Origin: Dimorphilus gyrociliatus
Taxonomy: Eukaryota > Animalia > Annelida
DNA length: 64,000 bases
Reading direction: 5' to 3'
Assembly (NCBI GenBank): GCA_904063045.1
Contig: CAJFCJ010000002.1
Coordinates: 2,847,891-2,911,890, forward strand
The translations under genes and the position numbers were made by a program. Under the pieces are notes generated by a model. That model worked only from the letters and a program-made list of their open reading frames with translations, was not told where the DNA came from and ran no database searches. Shown one piece after another: positions 1 through 13,701 of the stretch; position 1 is the stretch's first letter; every line of letters starts with the position of its first letter.

Positions 1-965
1 TATACATTTACTATATAAATAAGGTTTATGAAATGATGGAAAGAAGCAAAACAGTTTCATATTCTTAGTGTTGATCACTTCTCGGAGCGCTTGCTAATTA
101 TATTAAAATCATAATCTACTTTCTTGTAAACTTATATAAAATATGTTTTAGAATAATTATTGTTTAGGTATTCTTTTTAATAACCCTTGTTTATTATAAT
201 ATTATAGATCGGTTGAAGATATAAACTCCTTATTTCCTATTAAATTTATTTGTTCATACTTATATCAATTATTTAAATGGATCAGCGTCTAAGGCAATAT
301 TGGTCTTCCAGCAGACATATTGTTCTAGCCGATGGCAAAGATAAATATTATAATCTTGATCAATACATCGTTAAGTACCAAGATCGAAGCTAAGAACCGA
401 TCAAAATATAATCTGTCCTATAAGATTCCCTAATTTTTTTAACCGCACAGCTACATAGACAACGCTCTTTACGAATATTATGCTCCAAATTGAAAACGAA
501 TCCATGTTTACATAGTTGGAGAACTATCATGGAGAAAATTCTACTGGAGGCCACTAATTCGATAATACTTTATGCAAAATACGATCTATGGGTGATTTAC
601 CTTTTGAAATGCTTTCAAAGTTAACAGGCTTTAGCATAAAAACTAATTAACAAATTACCTCAGATGCTACCAGATTTTTACTCAGACTTTAGTCGAATAT
701 AAGACGTTCTTGTAATTAAATAACTTAAATTTAACATCGGAAATTTTACACTAGTTGAAGTGAAAGTGGAAAAAGATACATCGACTTTATTGCAAGATAA
801 ATTTTTGATTTAAGAGGAGTAAGAGTCACTAGAAAGAAATCTTCTAATACGAGACAATACGTTTGGAGAGGACAAAATGAAAGACACACTATCTTGTCTC
901 TGTTCCCGATAGAAAAGTGTAGGTACTTCAAGTTTGGCTTCTTGCGTGATAGTAAGAAGTATCAG

Positions 966-973
966 TGACGTCA
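966..973. promoter_or_regulatory. Perfect CRE palindrome (TGACGTCA) about 220 bp upstream of the GPCR start codon
   Basis: Exact 8-mer CREB/ATF site read from the sequence; function inferred from position only. Confidence 0.3.
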
Positions 974-1196
974 TAAAGACCACAAACAAAAGTACGGATT
1001 TTATTGTTGTTCGTTGACCTACCCTAATGAGCTGTCATGGAAAAGGCTATTTTTTCTTAGTCGGCTTAGAAACAACATAATTATTTCATATGTTGCATAG
1101 AAAAAAATCACAAATAAGTTACAGGTGGCGCTTCTGTAACAAAAAGTGCTAGAGAGCAAAAGGAGGCAAAGGAAATCGCTTTCTCTCATTCCAACC

Positions 1197-2024
1197 ATGA
1201 ACAACGTTTCGAACGAATCAAACTCAGAAGTTCCGGTATGGAAAGCAATGACGGCTTTAAAAATATCTGGAATTTGTGCCTACATAACAGTGTTTACAGT
1301 GGCCGTGGTCAACAATTTAATTGTTCTAACGGTGATAGTTACCCAGAAGAATATGAGGAATAGTACTAATTTATTCATTGGAAATTTAGCTGTGGCTGAT
1401 TTAACTGTTGCTTTTCTGGTTCAACCGTTCACTTTATTTCACGAGCTTTTGATGGGTATTAATCTTTCACTATAAACAAATTCTTTTCTTTTATCAGGCT
1501 TTAAATGCGAAGTGTGAATTAACGTAAGACTACAATGTCTCATGTATACTTTTAAGACTACTATATTTTCTTAGCTGTCATTTTACTTTATGTAATACCT
1601 ACTATAGATTAAAAGGAAAATACATCCAACATTAGGCTTAATTTTATATTGTCTTTATTGTATTCTTTCTTAAATTTGAAACGTAGTTAAACTTGTTTTA
1701 GCTGTGCAAGTTGTCAATATCGTTCTTACCTTTTCCTTATTTACGATCTAACGATTTCTCATTGAAAGTTAAAATTTTTTTTCCTGTTTTTTTTTTTCCA
1801 ACAGAGAATTTATATTATAGACCTTACTCTTTTCCTCTAAAACAATTAAATAATATTAAATGAATAAGAGACAGAAAATATCTAATATTTAATATTAAAG
1901 ATGTGTAAAGTGATAATGAAGTATGAAAATGAACAGTGATAGAGAAATGCATTTATGACTGGATCTATTTATTGTACATACATTTTCTCTTACGTACGCT
2001 GTTTTTATAAATATAGCAACTGTA

Positions 2025-2056
<32 letters not shown>

Positions 2057-3815
2057 ATGCACAATTGTCCATGGTAAAGTAGCTAATTTCCTAAGTTAGT
2101 TAAATAATTAACAACTAAACAAAATTTTATTCAAATTTCCAAAATAACCCGCTTATGTAAATAATCCTAATGAAATTGCTATTTAAGTAATAGCAGTATA
2201 GGAATAGAAAAACTCCTAGTACATGTTGATTGAAGCTGAGAGAAAGAGAGAAGGAAAAAGATCTTTTTCAAGTCAAGCGACAAATTGTCAATTTCATAAA
2301 TAAGTTACTGTTTTTGAGATATCAAATAGACTAGTTAGCTGTAAGTGATGTATATAATTAAATACAAGAAAATACTTCGATAATTAGTAAGCGTTAGGAG
2401 AGTTAGAATTCATATTGGCTGAGCTATTTATATTGTAGATCGTTTATCGTTAGACAGGATCATTGCTAATATACTATTAAGCTAGTATTTCTATCATCTT
2501 TCAACTATTATGAACAGGAGCCTTTCGGATTTCGTTACGATAAAATAACTGTTAACTCTATATTTAAAAAAATTTCTTTCTTTTCATGTTTTAGAAAGGA
2601 AAATCACGATTAAGATTCGTCTTGTATCATGTATGCTATATATATATTAAAGTTCCTGATAATAATTTACTTTTATAGAGAATAGATAGAAAGTAGTATA
2701 TAAATGGAGAAAACAAGGAACACATACGGAAAAAGACTCCATCAAACAGACAGATGTGAATGAAATAAAGAGAAAAATAAAATAAGATAAAATGAGGGAG
2801 TGACAGAGTTCAAGTTGAAATCTAAGAGGAAAATAGCTTGTAAACAAGCTTTGTTTTCAGCATAAAAGCGTCATTTTTCTTTTTATATTATTATAGTTTT
2901 ACTATTATTTAAGAGATGTTAGGTATGGTCTGTTTCTTATAAGAATTTCAATCACTACTTGATAAAAAATGTTTTGATTGAAATATATAAGTCTAATTGA
3001 TGTAAAGTAAACCTTAATATCTTAAACGACTTCTTCTCCCTTAACCAAATTATTTTGCTAATGCAAAATTTTTCGTTACAGAGTGGCCTTTTGGTGGCTT
3101 TACTTGCAAGTTGGTAGCCTATCTGCAAGGTCTAGCAGTTTCCGCTTCCGTTTCAACTTTGGCTGCGGTAGCGGTCGAAAGGTATTTTGCAGTAGTCCTC
3201 TCTAAGGGTGGTAATCAACTTCAGGGCTTCTGGGCTGCATTCGTTTTGTTCCTCTTGTGGACAATACCTGCTGTCTTAAACATACCATGGATCTTATTTT
3301 TCGATACGAAAACAATTCAAGGACCCAAGATTACCCTGACCATCTGCCGGCCTCAGACTAACTTTTATTTCCGATCTTACTTTATCGGTGTTGTTCTCTT
3401 GGCCTTTTACGTACTGCCACTACTTTTCATGTGCGTCTGCTACGCTCTAATCGGATTGAAAGTCTGGGGAAGAGCTCGAGGTTTAAAGATCTCCTCTTCC
3501 GCCGCCGCTAGAAACATACACAGATCAAAGATAAGGATAGTTAGAATGCTTTGTACTGTAACAGTAGTATTTGCTATATCCTGGCTACCTGTTCATATAG
3601 TGACACTTTATGTTACAATTAATAAGCCTCTCACCTTAGATGAAAACCGATTAATTAGGGAAGGAGTAAGGCCCATAGTACGATTTGTCAGCTCAGTCAA
3701 CACAGCTGTTAATCCGTTCATCTATTGCTACTTTTCAAAGCAGTTTCGTCGTGGCTTCTCAAAAATAATCGGAAGAAGGTTTGTTTGTTCAGACAGAGGC
3801 AGTAACGATATTTAG
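1197..3815 (+). CDS. Rhodopsin-class neuropeptide GPCR, SIFamide/NPFF(GnIH)-receptor-like; 2 core exons, about 330 aa
   Basis: Exon 1 1197-1455 (MNNVSNES...NLAVADL...LMG, donor gtatt) joins in phase 1 to exon 2 3082-3815 (EWPFGGFTCKLVAYLQGLAVSASVSTLAAVAVERY...SWLP...NPFIY...FRRGF). Seven TM segments; the YLQG.SV.ASV.TL motif is typical of SIFaR/NPFFR. Further 3' exons are possible (see findings). Confidence 0.9.
2029..2056. repeat. (TA)14 microsatellite in the GPCR intron
   Basis: Read directly. Confidence 0.95.
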
Positions 3816-6800
3816 GCAAAGAAATACGTCTTAATAACCTATTGACTTTTTGATTATTTAAATAGACAGAAATAAGAAAAAAACTAGTCAAAATAACAAA
3901 CAAACTTAGGAAGAAAAAACATAATAACGAAGAATATACTGTCTAAAACTCATACTAACATCGATTTTCGTACATAAAAATATATTCTTAATATTTTAAT
4001 ATTTTTTTTATTATTTTCTTTTTTTCTATCTCTCTTTCTCCCTTATATCATTGTTAGTAATCGGAAAAATACACAAAATCTCAAGAAAGACGGGAAAAAT
4101 CAACATCGTAACTACTATTTCGTTCCCTTTTATATAGGCCTATACTCAGGTGCTCGGTCGGACTAATGATATATCCTAATCGGTTTTAAAATATTATGAT
4201 TATCTTTTCCGCGAAAGATATAAAAGAAATGTTAAAGTATCCGCGCTATGGATGATAGAGAGAAAAGCGAATATAATTTTTTCTTATCCCTCATTTCTTC
4301 ATCAAGAGGTCTATCACTTATTCCGCTGCAAGCTTCCTGCCGTGTCCTACACGCTTCATTATGTAAATGGCTGAAAAGGCCAGTTCAAGGAGGTTAGAAA
4401 TGGCATACTTGCAGAGTCGATGGAAGAAAAAAGTTATCAAGAATATGTGACACGCTTACTGCATAGTCTAAACAGTATGGAGAAGCATAAAGCTTCATAC
4501 GGGTTTTTTATACATACAATAAATATCGAGACCTAATTATCTATTAATTAAACAGGAAAGAAAATTAACATATAACACCAAATGTCTTATTTAATTCTTT
4601 ATTTATACAGTACAGTATAGACATAGACAGATTGGAAACTATCTTTTTCTTTATCATCTATTTTTCCCAACTTAAATTATAGTGCCTACTCTAATCAGTA
4701 ACAAGTTAAACTCTTTTGAAGTTCAACCGCACCGAGAAACAATTATGGCCAAGCAACAAAGGCGGAATAAACCTTCGTATACTCGAGTTTAATCCTAGAG
4801 GCAACTATTCGAGTCTCGATAACGAGATTGCTAATAAATCTACAGCACTTGAGTATAGCGAGGAATAACTACCTGAAAGAATTGCAAAAAAATTTTCCCA
4901 TTTCAAATTAAGCCAAATGTATTAGTGATCTTTGAGAAACGGATAAACTCTTTCCATATTTTTAGACTAAAAAAACCAGATCTGTGCTTTCTCTATTTCC
5001 GGAACTAATTAAAAATTTTTTACATATTTGTTAAAGATAGATATTCAAAGCGTAGGTTGATCAGTAATTATTCACACGATGTCAAAATTGTATGGAAGAA
5101 AAGTTACTCAATCTTACTAAGAGTTAACACGAAATATACGAGAAGAGGAAAAAAGGAATAGCTGTCTACAATTTCTCTCCAGGCACGATCTAAGTAATTA
5201 AAAGCTTTCCAAGTTTGGGGTCTAGCCTCTAATTTCCTCCATCAGTCCTATCAGTCCCAGGACTATTGTTCTTCCGTCTTCTTATAAACATAACTTAACC
5301 ACCTTTAAAACTACTTCTGATAAACTTTTCTCGTGACAACTGAAACGAATGTTGTTTTTGAGGAATATTTTAACGTCACGGAAATATCATGCAGCTTTCT
5401 ATATTATTGTTCGGCTATGATTTGCAACACAGACATGCAATCAGACATCTAAATGTATTTTTAGTGAAAATAGTTTATAATACTTTGTTGAGTGAATCCA
5501 ACAATAACGCCACTCTTTTTCTTACCGTGCAAAAGAGCACATGAGTTAAGATGTAAAGCTTCTCCTCTTACTTTCCATCTCTTTTCCTTTTAACTTTTGT
5601 TATATTTTCTCGCATCTTCACGGGTTTTTTAATACAAACTGTATATAAAGATGTTTATGCACGTTTTAATCTAGCAAGTATAAAAAAATAAAGGTTAAAT
5701 GCATTGTCTGTCAGTCAACAAAAATTTCTATATATTAGTATATTATAGATAAAAAAATATAGATTTCATGTAAAAATCATGACAAATTATATTTTTAATA
5801 ACTAAAATATAATTGCTTATCTCTACCTGACTGTATGATATTCTGATTCGGTAAAATCTTATTCCAAACATCAAACAAATACTATTTACAAAGCGGGATT
5901 CCAACACTTGCTTGATTACACTGTTTATATAGTATAACAATCTGATCCGTCCTACGATTTTTGCTAAATGAAATTAGGTTTTTTCCTGAAGAATTCCTCA
6001 ACTTATATACCAATTTATGACGTAATTTTCTCCTGTTTGCTAATTGATTTTCCAAGTGAGTCTTCTCTCCTAGAATTAAACTGATATTATAAGAAAATTT
6101 TACGCTAGTACCACTATACAGACTTGTTTTTTCGTGTGTGTTTGCCTCATCGAAAAAACACAAAAAAAAGGTAATTACACAGCAACTACACAGCAACTTA
6201 TTACGAAAATAATCATATTATATAAAATTTCATAAAAAATTAATTATAGCCTATTAATCTATTAATTTTCGTAATATTTCATTTTTCATAGGCAATCTAT
6301 AGTAGTATCTTTCTTGTTTAATTAAACAAGTTAAAATATTCCCTCTTTAAATTCATACCGGAGCATGCCCATAATTTATATACATTTCTTTATATATATA
6401 TATACTGTATATACATGTATATATATATAAATTTATATATATATACAGTATACTGTATATAAACTGTATATAAAGAAAAAAGATGGATAATTATTTACTT
6501 AGATAAGTACAGTGGTATTCCGCTACGTTACTTTTACGTTTTCTTTTAATATTATACAAAAAAAAGGAATTTTTTAGTGTCTGCTGTGAGAGAAATTGCA
6601 AAGATGAGATTTCTAAATCTGTCTTAAAAATTTATAAAGTTTTAATTAAAAAAGATATTATTATTGTGATTTAATAGACTTATATCTTAACCAAACAATA
6701 ACACGATTAATTATTTTCTTAAAATGGTCCTCCCTCCCTCTCTCTCCTTCTCTCTTTCTCTCCATCTTTTTTTTTTATTAGACATCAATTAGTTTTTAGG

Positions 6801-8719
6801 GACTATAAAATATAATTTTATAATCTTAAAAGAGATATAATAGGAGAGATTCTATGTCTAAACAAACCTTACCTATAATTATCTTAGAGTGATTGTATGC
6901 CAAGAGTTCACCCTATTATATATTACTTAAATCTCTTGGATAATACGAATCAAACAAGATTTGTATAAAGGCTAAATTTGAAAGCAGGTAATAAAACGTC
7001 TATCTATAATCATAAAAAAATATGTATAAAAAAGAGTTATTGTCTCTCTCATCAAATTAATTAAGTGTTCAGGCTAGTAATAGTTGATAAGGATCATGCT
7101 GAACATACATATATATTATGTATGCTTAAGTGTATATAGTAAAACGCATATAAACAACCTACATCGACACAAAAGAAGAACATATATGGCTCTTTTATAA
7201 AAAATATATTATATACCGATGAATGAAGTATAAACAATATACCATATATTAACAACATCTTATATTCAAACGACTAAAATGACTAAAAATGCTATCACAA
7301 TTATTCTTTGAATGTTTGATTCATTTAGCCAAAGTAGCTGTTTATCTTTATATATATATATAAAGTATATACGGTGTATATATACTAATATAAATCTAAA
7401 CCATATAGTAAATTATTTATATATAGAATAGCAAAATGATGTTAAAAATGTTCCCCAATACTATATACTTGTTTATCATTGATTTTTGCAATACTGCAAT
7501 ATTTAATAAAATCTATTTCAGTTTATTTTCTTATTGAAAATAGGAGAAAAAAAATTGTATATACAGTATATATATATATATAGAGTCTACTACATTATTT
7601 TCATCACAAAGTCTTTTTTTTTTCTTTTTATTTCTTTTTTTTCCCTGCCTTTTCTCTTCTGGCAAATCTCGTAGGGATAGATTGTATAATTCTAAATAAA
7701 ATTCTAGTTTCATTTTATTTTATATTTTAAGATGGTAATTTCTATTCCCTTTTTGGTTGTGAATTTTCTTATCCCAACAGATAGGTTTTACCATAACCTT
7801 TATAGACATGTTCAATTCCGATAAAATATTTACTAGGTACAGGTAATAGACCAATAGATTTTTCTTCTCTAAGGTGTTGCTCCTTGAACTAGGAGAAAGT
7901 TTTCACCACGAAGGATAAAAACAAGGTTAAAAATAGTCTGATAAAATAGCAACGTTGTCTTCAGTCTACTATGATAGTCTTTTCTGGCAAGGAAACTATT
8001 CCCTCCGTTCTCTCCATCCTTGCTACTCGCAGTACTGAGACTTTTAGAGTACCTATTTGATAAATACTTTTGCTTGTCTTATAGCTTGCAAATAATAGGC
8101 CATCAATCAGACTATTAAGATTAATTTAAAGCATATTTACTGTTCATCTTCGAAATTAATACTTTGACAATCTTTTTAATAATAGTAATAATAATAATAA
8201 TGCAGCGTTGCCATAATATTGTTGCCTTTCCATTCATATATACACTGCATATACTATATATATATACAGTATATATAAATATAGATTCTATGCCTAATTT
8301 AATAATTACATTCTGTACGCTGAAAATTCTATATCAGTATATATGTACACCATATTTTTGCTTCACATATTTAACGTTTATGGCGTAATCCTGCCATTAG
8401 CAGGATAGCTCTTCAACAAGAACAGAATACCAAAAAAATTACTATTTTGGAGTAAAGTCATAGTTGTGAATTAACATGCTTGCGCCATCTATCTGTTGAA
8501 AGATAATTATAGTTATCGGAAGTCTGAGTACATTAATTGCTTTTGGTTGCTTGCATTAAAACTACCTGTTCTATTTGGTTTTTCTTTTACATTGAGGAAA
8601 TGACGAAATAGGTTGAAATATTTTCACATTACGTATAATAAACAATTTCTCTTAATAAAATATAACGCCCCCTAGTACCAAATGTGAAAAAACGCTTCAT
8701 TAATCCCCTACAAGAAATC

Positions 8720-11700
8720 ATGAGACTAGGGGTGGCAGCTACTCTACTATACGTCCTAACAAAAATTTCAGGTAAAATCTAAATTGTTTTAGCATAACAA
8801 GAAAAAGAAAATTTCAAAGCTATCCTTAAATACTAGGTTCTACGAACTTTAGCGCGGAAAGAAGGCTATTTAACAATTTACTTCACCATTATGACTGCAA
8901 TTCAAGGCCAGTTTTAAATGGAAATGTTACCGTCTATGTTAACTTTAGCATAGCCTTAGCTCAAATTCTCGACTTAGTGAGTATCAAATTTATTAAATAC
9001 CTACGAGAAATGTGCTGGGGTACAATGTAAAAGAAACTGAGGTTAATAACGCGAAATTAAACTGCTAACGGCTCAGCAATTAGATACGCCTTTGCAAAAG
9101 GAAGGAGTGTATTTCTACACTATAATAATAATAATAATAATAATAATAATGTCAAAGCCAAGAATTTCTTCTGGAGGGCAAAAAGTGTTTCTTTCTCCTC
9201 AAAAAACTTAGAAATATTAGAAAAATATTATAAAAATAAAAAACTACTATCGCTTTTTTAATCATATACGAAAATTCTATTTGTACTGAATCTATAGTTT
9301 ATACATGAATTATATTGAATTATATGTATATAAAGTAGCATAAATAAGAGAGAAAACAAAATCAAAATTGCCTGAAATTGACCGGAAAATACTTAATGGC
9401 CTGAGAGAAGGGAGAGAGAAAGAGAGAGAGACAGAGACAGAGCGGAACGAAATAGTATTCTTCTTTTAGTAAAGAGTAATAAAAAATAAAAGAATTAGCA
9501 TTTCAACAATCTAGAGAGGATGCAAGAATACAATTTGATTTTTGTGATTTAAATAAAAAAAGACTTGGCTAATAAAACTATTTATAAATGGATAATTCTT
9601 AAACCTGCAAGAAATAACATAACATACAGCTTTTTTGACACATTCAATCGCTTTCGATAGACTCCTTGCTACTAGAAATAGAATAAATTACTAACGGCGT
9701 TATATTACTAGGCACCCTATTAGTCCCTGAGATATATAATACAAGGAACTCGCTATAGACTGCGAAAAACGTGAGATCGATAAAAAACCTGCTCTTCCTC
9801 TTTTTCTTTCTAGCCGAAAGCAGCTAATGCTAATCACGAACTGGAAACGGCGTGCGTCATTAACGTCGAATTCGACAGTCTTTCTTGTTCTCTTTTTTAG
9901 ACAGAGAAGAGATGTAAAGTAACTCTTCTGTAATATTTCTCCCTCAGGCTGAAAAGAACCAGACCTTGCTTAGCAGTACACTTATTACGGAAGAATGGAA
10001 AGATGAAATTCTCGTCTGGAATCCCGAAGATTATGACGGATTAACTGAAATTGTAGTTCCTTCAGTCCGCCTGTGGCTTCCCGATATATACGTCGTTAAT
10101 AACGCTGACAGCGGAGAAAAGGGGGCGGTTATCGCAGAGAGTTCTAGGGTGATAGCTAAATGGAATGGTAAGCTATATTTTGTCAAACACGTGAATGGTT
10201 TTTTGGAATTCCTATTGCAAACGTCTTTTTTAGATAAAATTTTTCCTACTAACGAGATATTCATACACATGTCCAGAATAGATTACATCATTTAGAATGT
10301 AATTTGAAAAATTAGGCCCATGCTAAACTTATTTACTAGTAATACGGCTTTATAGGATATAACCTGTACGACCCATCCATTTTCTGCAAAAACTATACAA
10401 TTTAATTAATAAAAACGAACAAACGGGTTAAAAGGAAATTACAAAATGAATAAATAAACAAATTATATTATGTTTAGATAGTAAAACTGTTTGGAATTAG
10501 CTAAATGGGAAGAAAAAGGAGGCAGGGGAAACAGATTTACAAGACACTTAATGATAGAAAAATGGCTAGACTAAGCTAAAACTGAATAAAACGTCCAACT
10601 CAGATGCTTAGGAGAGTCTCCTAAAGAAAAGTACCCTCTTTCTACATATCAAGTCTTGTGAAGTCAAAATTGCCCTTTCATCAAATGCGGCTTCGTAATA
10701 AGCTTATTGAGGAAATATAACATCATATTTTAGCGTGTTAAAATGTATTAAATACCCCATATCCTCTATAAATATTTCTAAAAAAAGCGTATACTTATAA
10801 TAGGTAAAATAACTTGGAGAATACCCTTGATTGTAAAATCTTCCTGTGCTGTTGATATTGCCTATTTTCCATACGATCGTCAGACATGTACTATACAATT
10901 CTCTTCGTGGATTTATGATGTTACCCAACTACAACTCTCTCAAAGAAGACCGAATATCGACCTCGGTAGCTATGTTACCAACACAGAATTTGAATTACTA
11001 TCCGTAAGCTTGGAATCTGATTATTTATATGCCAAGACAGCAAAGTATACAAGGTATGCTATCAAATGATTATCAAAACTAGATAAGTTATAAACGTAAA
11101 GAGTTATAAAGATTTCTTTTATAGTACGTAATACATAAAATTGAAAATAAAATCTACAGAATCACTGCACAATTAAGGATTCAGAGGAAGCCTTTGTATT
11201 ATGCATATACCATACTGGCCCCAACAATAGTACTTAGTATTTTAACTCTCTTTACATTTCTTCTTCCTTGCGAATCTGGTGAAAAAGTTGCGATTGGACT
11301 AACAGTATTTTTATCTCTCTATGTCCTACAATTAGCTATTGCTGAAAATATACCGGAATCGAATTCTCTCCCTCTTATTGGTCTATTTCTTACTTTAGTA
11401 ATGACGCTTAATGCCCTAGCTTTGGTCATGGCTACATTAGTAATGAATATAAAAAAGAAAGCAGACAGAAAGAGAGTAAATCAAGTACCAGAATGTATTC
11501 TTAAGATGTGTAAATTTATCGGTCCGTACTTGGGAGCTAAACACTTGAATTACTATGACTATTATGATTTTTGCGACGAGTTGGATGACGAGATGACAGA
11601 GGGATTAGAAATCTCCGATGACGAAGATGGAAATGAAGACGAAGGATTCCTTTCAGTATCTCCCAGGGATGAGAGAAGAAGCTCAACCATTAGTATGAAA

Positions 11701-12125
11701 TCCAGCAAGCTTTTTGTTGAACAGGTGTGTTATTTTTCTTTCTTAAGATATCAATTCTTTTCAATCCGAATACTATTCTCTTTTTCCCTTACAAATAATT
11801 CATTTTCTTTATGTTTCTTTAATGCTTGCAGATTGCTTTTCAATCAGGCAGGCGATTAACAGTTGACAATATTAGCCTTGGCTCAGAAAAAGCAAGGTTA
11901 TACGTAAAAGATGTATCAAATATGGGACCTAATTTAAAGATTATTCAACCCTCATCCATCAGACCACCTGTTCCTGTTTGGATCAAATTCGATTGGTTTC
12001 TAGTTGCTGAAGTATTTGACAAAGTTTTATGTTTAATATATTTAACTGGTTTAGTTCTGACAATCGGTATTTTAATAATAGTCATTCCCATGTCTCATAG
12101 AGAAGAAACACAAACTAATATCTAG
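8720..12125 (+). CDS. Nicotinic acetylcholine receptor-family (Cys-loop) subunit, non-alpha type; 6 exons
   Basis: Exons 8720-8771 (signal peptide MRLGVAATLLYVLTKIS), 8837-8976 (RLFNNLL..YD.NSRPV...LAQILDL), 9948-10167 (EKNQ..EW.D..L.WNP...WLPDI), 10804-11053 (Cys loop CAVDIAYFPYDRQTC, FSSWIYD), 11160-11724 (RKPLYY, TM1-3, GEKV cation-type pore entry), 11832-12125 (TM4). All junctions are GT-AG and phase-consistent. Loop C has no vicinal Cys-Cys. Confidence 0.92.
9122..9150. repeat. (AAT)n trinucleotide repeat in nAChR intron 2
   Basis: Read directly. Confidence 0.9.
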
Positions 12126-12148
12126 TTAAACTTCTTAGCGATAAGGAA

Positions 12149-12163
12149 TTTATTATTAATAAA
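12149..12163. terminator. Back-to-back poly(A) signals (TTTATT at 12149, AATAAA at 12158) between the convergent nAChR and SDR39U1 genes
   Basis: One AATAAA on each strand within the 105-bp gap between the two stop codons. Confidence 0.55.
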
Positions 12164-12230
12164 AATTTATGTACAATGAAGCAACAGAAATTTATAAAAC
12201 TATACTCGCAAACTGTCTAATTCTTTAAAA

Positions 12231-13701
12231 TTACTTTGAAACGTCTGTAAAGGTCATCCATCGACTTACTTCTTGACAAGCTGACTTTAAGTCAGGATAT
12301 TTGAAATTGTAGCCACTTTGTATAGCTTTTTCTGGCACAACGCATTGTCCTTCTAATACCACTTTGCTGAAATCGGGACCAAACACGGTTCTCATGACAA
12401 AATCAGGAATGGGAAAAAGAGCAGGTCGACACATGGCTTTAGAGAATTCTCTTGTGAAATCCTCATTAGTGTCGAAAGCAGGAGCAACCACATTTAAGGG
12501 CCCCTTTATTGTTTCATTATCAATTGCGTGCTCTAATATCCCAACAGCATCATCAATATGAATCCAGGGAAAGTACTGCTTGCCACTTCCTATTCTACCA
12601 CCCAAACCGAAAAAAAATGGGAGCCATGTTTTATAAACTATTCCACCATTCCTACCAAGAACGACACCTGTACGCGATATTACATGACGCGTCTTGCAGT
12701 TTTCGGATAATTTCGAAGCGTTCTCATTATCTTGGCACAGTTTAGAAATAACGCAATTTCCACTGGTTTCAGATGACTCTATAAAAGCGAAATTGTTAGA
12801 AATTGATTCATTGAAGAGGAAAATTTGCAATCCTTTTTCCTTTTAACTTTTCAAAGAATCTAGGTTACTTCTACAAGATTAAATTCTGTAAAAAGTAATA
12901 GAGCTATACTATTTATGTAAGTTTTTTTCCAAAATAGAGGAGGTTTTCATGCTTCGATGCGTTAAAAAAGATTTACAAATTACTTAATCGCGTTACGCTT
13001 TTAATGAGACCTAGATTATTTCTTAATTTTGTCATGAAAATGCTTCTAACCTGTATATCTATTATGGCGATGGGGCTCATAAATGCCAATTGCAGATGTA
13101 GATATCCAGACTTTCGGGGGATTTTCAGAATTTTCAATACATTTCGATAAAAATCCATTTGTTTCTATGCGACTGGAGTATACTTTGTCCAAAAATTCTC
13201 CGTCTATGCGATATCTTTATAAAAAACGTCCTATTAATTAATAATATAAGCTTTTTTCAAAGAAATCTACTTAAAAGGTTGTAGAATATTTTCACCGCTC
13301 AGATTAATTATGGCATCATAATACTCTGAAAGTCCATTTTTGTACAAAGAATCCTAGAATGGAAAAATGATTGCTATATAATTAAATGCAATTCAAAATT
13401 ATTAAGGTATTAAAGTTGAAAAAATTGAAAAATAATAATGTCTTGTTAGTTTATAGCGTACCCATGTAATATGATCAGGACCGGATCTTCTCGATATAAT
13501 TTTAACGTCATATCCCTTTTTGAAAACTAACTGTTTCACTAGATGCTGTCCTATGAACCCGGTTCCTCCACCTTTCAAAAAAGTAATAAACAAGGTTAGT
13601 ACTCCTTTTATCGCTCTCTTGTAACTACTTTTTTACAGTTTTAGTTCGTTCATTTCTCGATAAAATAGCATATTTAATTGAATACCTATTAGAATTTTCA
13701 T
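12231..13701 (-). CDS. SDR39U1: Epimerase family protein SDR39U1 (NAD-binding atypical SDR); 5 exons
   Basis: MKILI|GGGTGFIG Rossmann motif, INLSGENIL, SRIET, RTGVVLGRNGG, FFFGLGGRIGSGKQYFPWIHIDD, EGQCVVPEK..GYNFKYP; collinear with human SDR39U1 and spliceable in frame. Confidence 0.93.

Noticed and set aside
200-720. Coding-looking stretch at the window start (MDQRLRQYW..., acceptor near 450)
   Set aside because: Several short frames are possible on both strands, none resembles a family I recognise, and no consistent exon chain could be built. Left unannotated.
6508-6520. TACAGTGGT resembling a Tc1/pogo terminal repeat
   Set aside because: No inward-facing partner was found; the only similar sequence (TACCACTATA near 6109) is upstream and faces the wrong way.
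13081-13240. Apparent frameshift in SDR39U1 suggested by the ORF track
   Set aside because: With the acceptor ataaag|a and the five-C run, the frame is continuous (EFLDKV...PPKVWISTSAIG). There is no frameshift.
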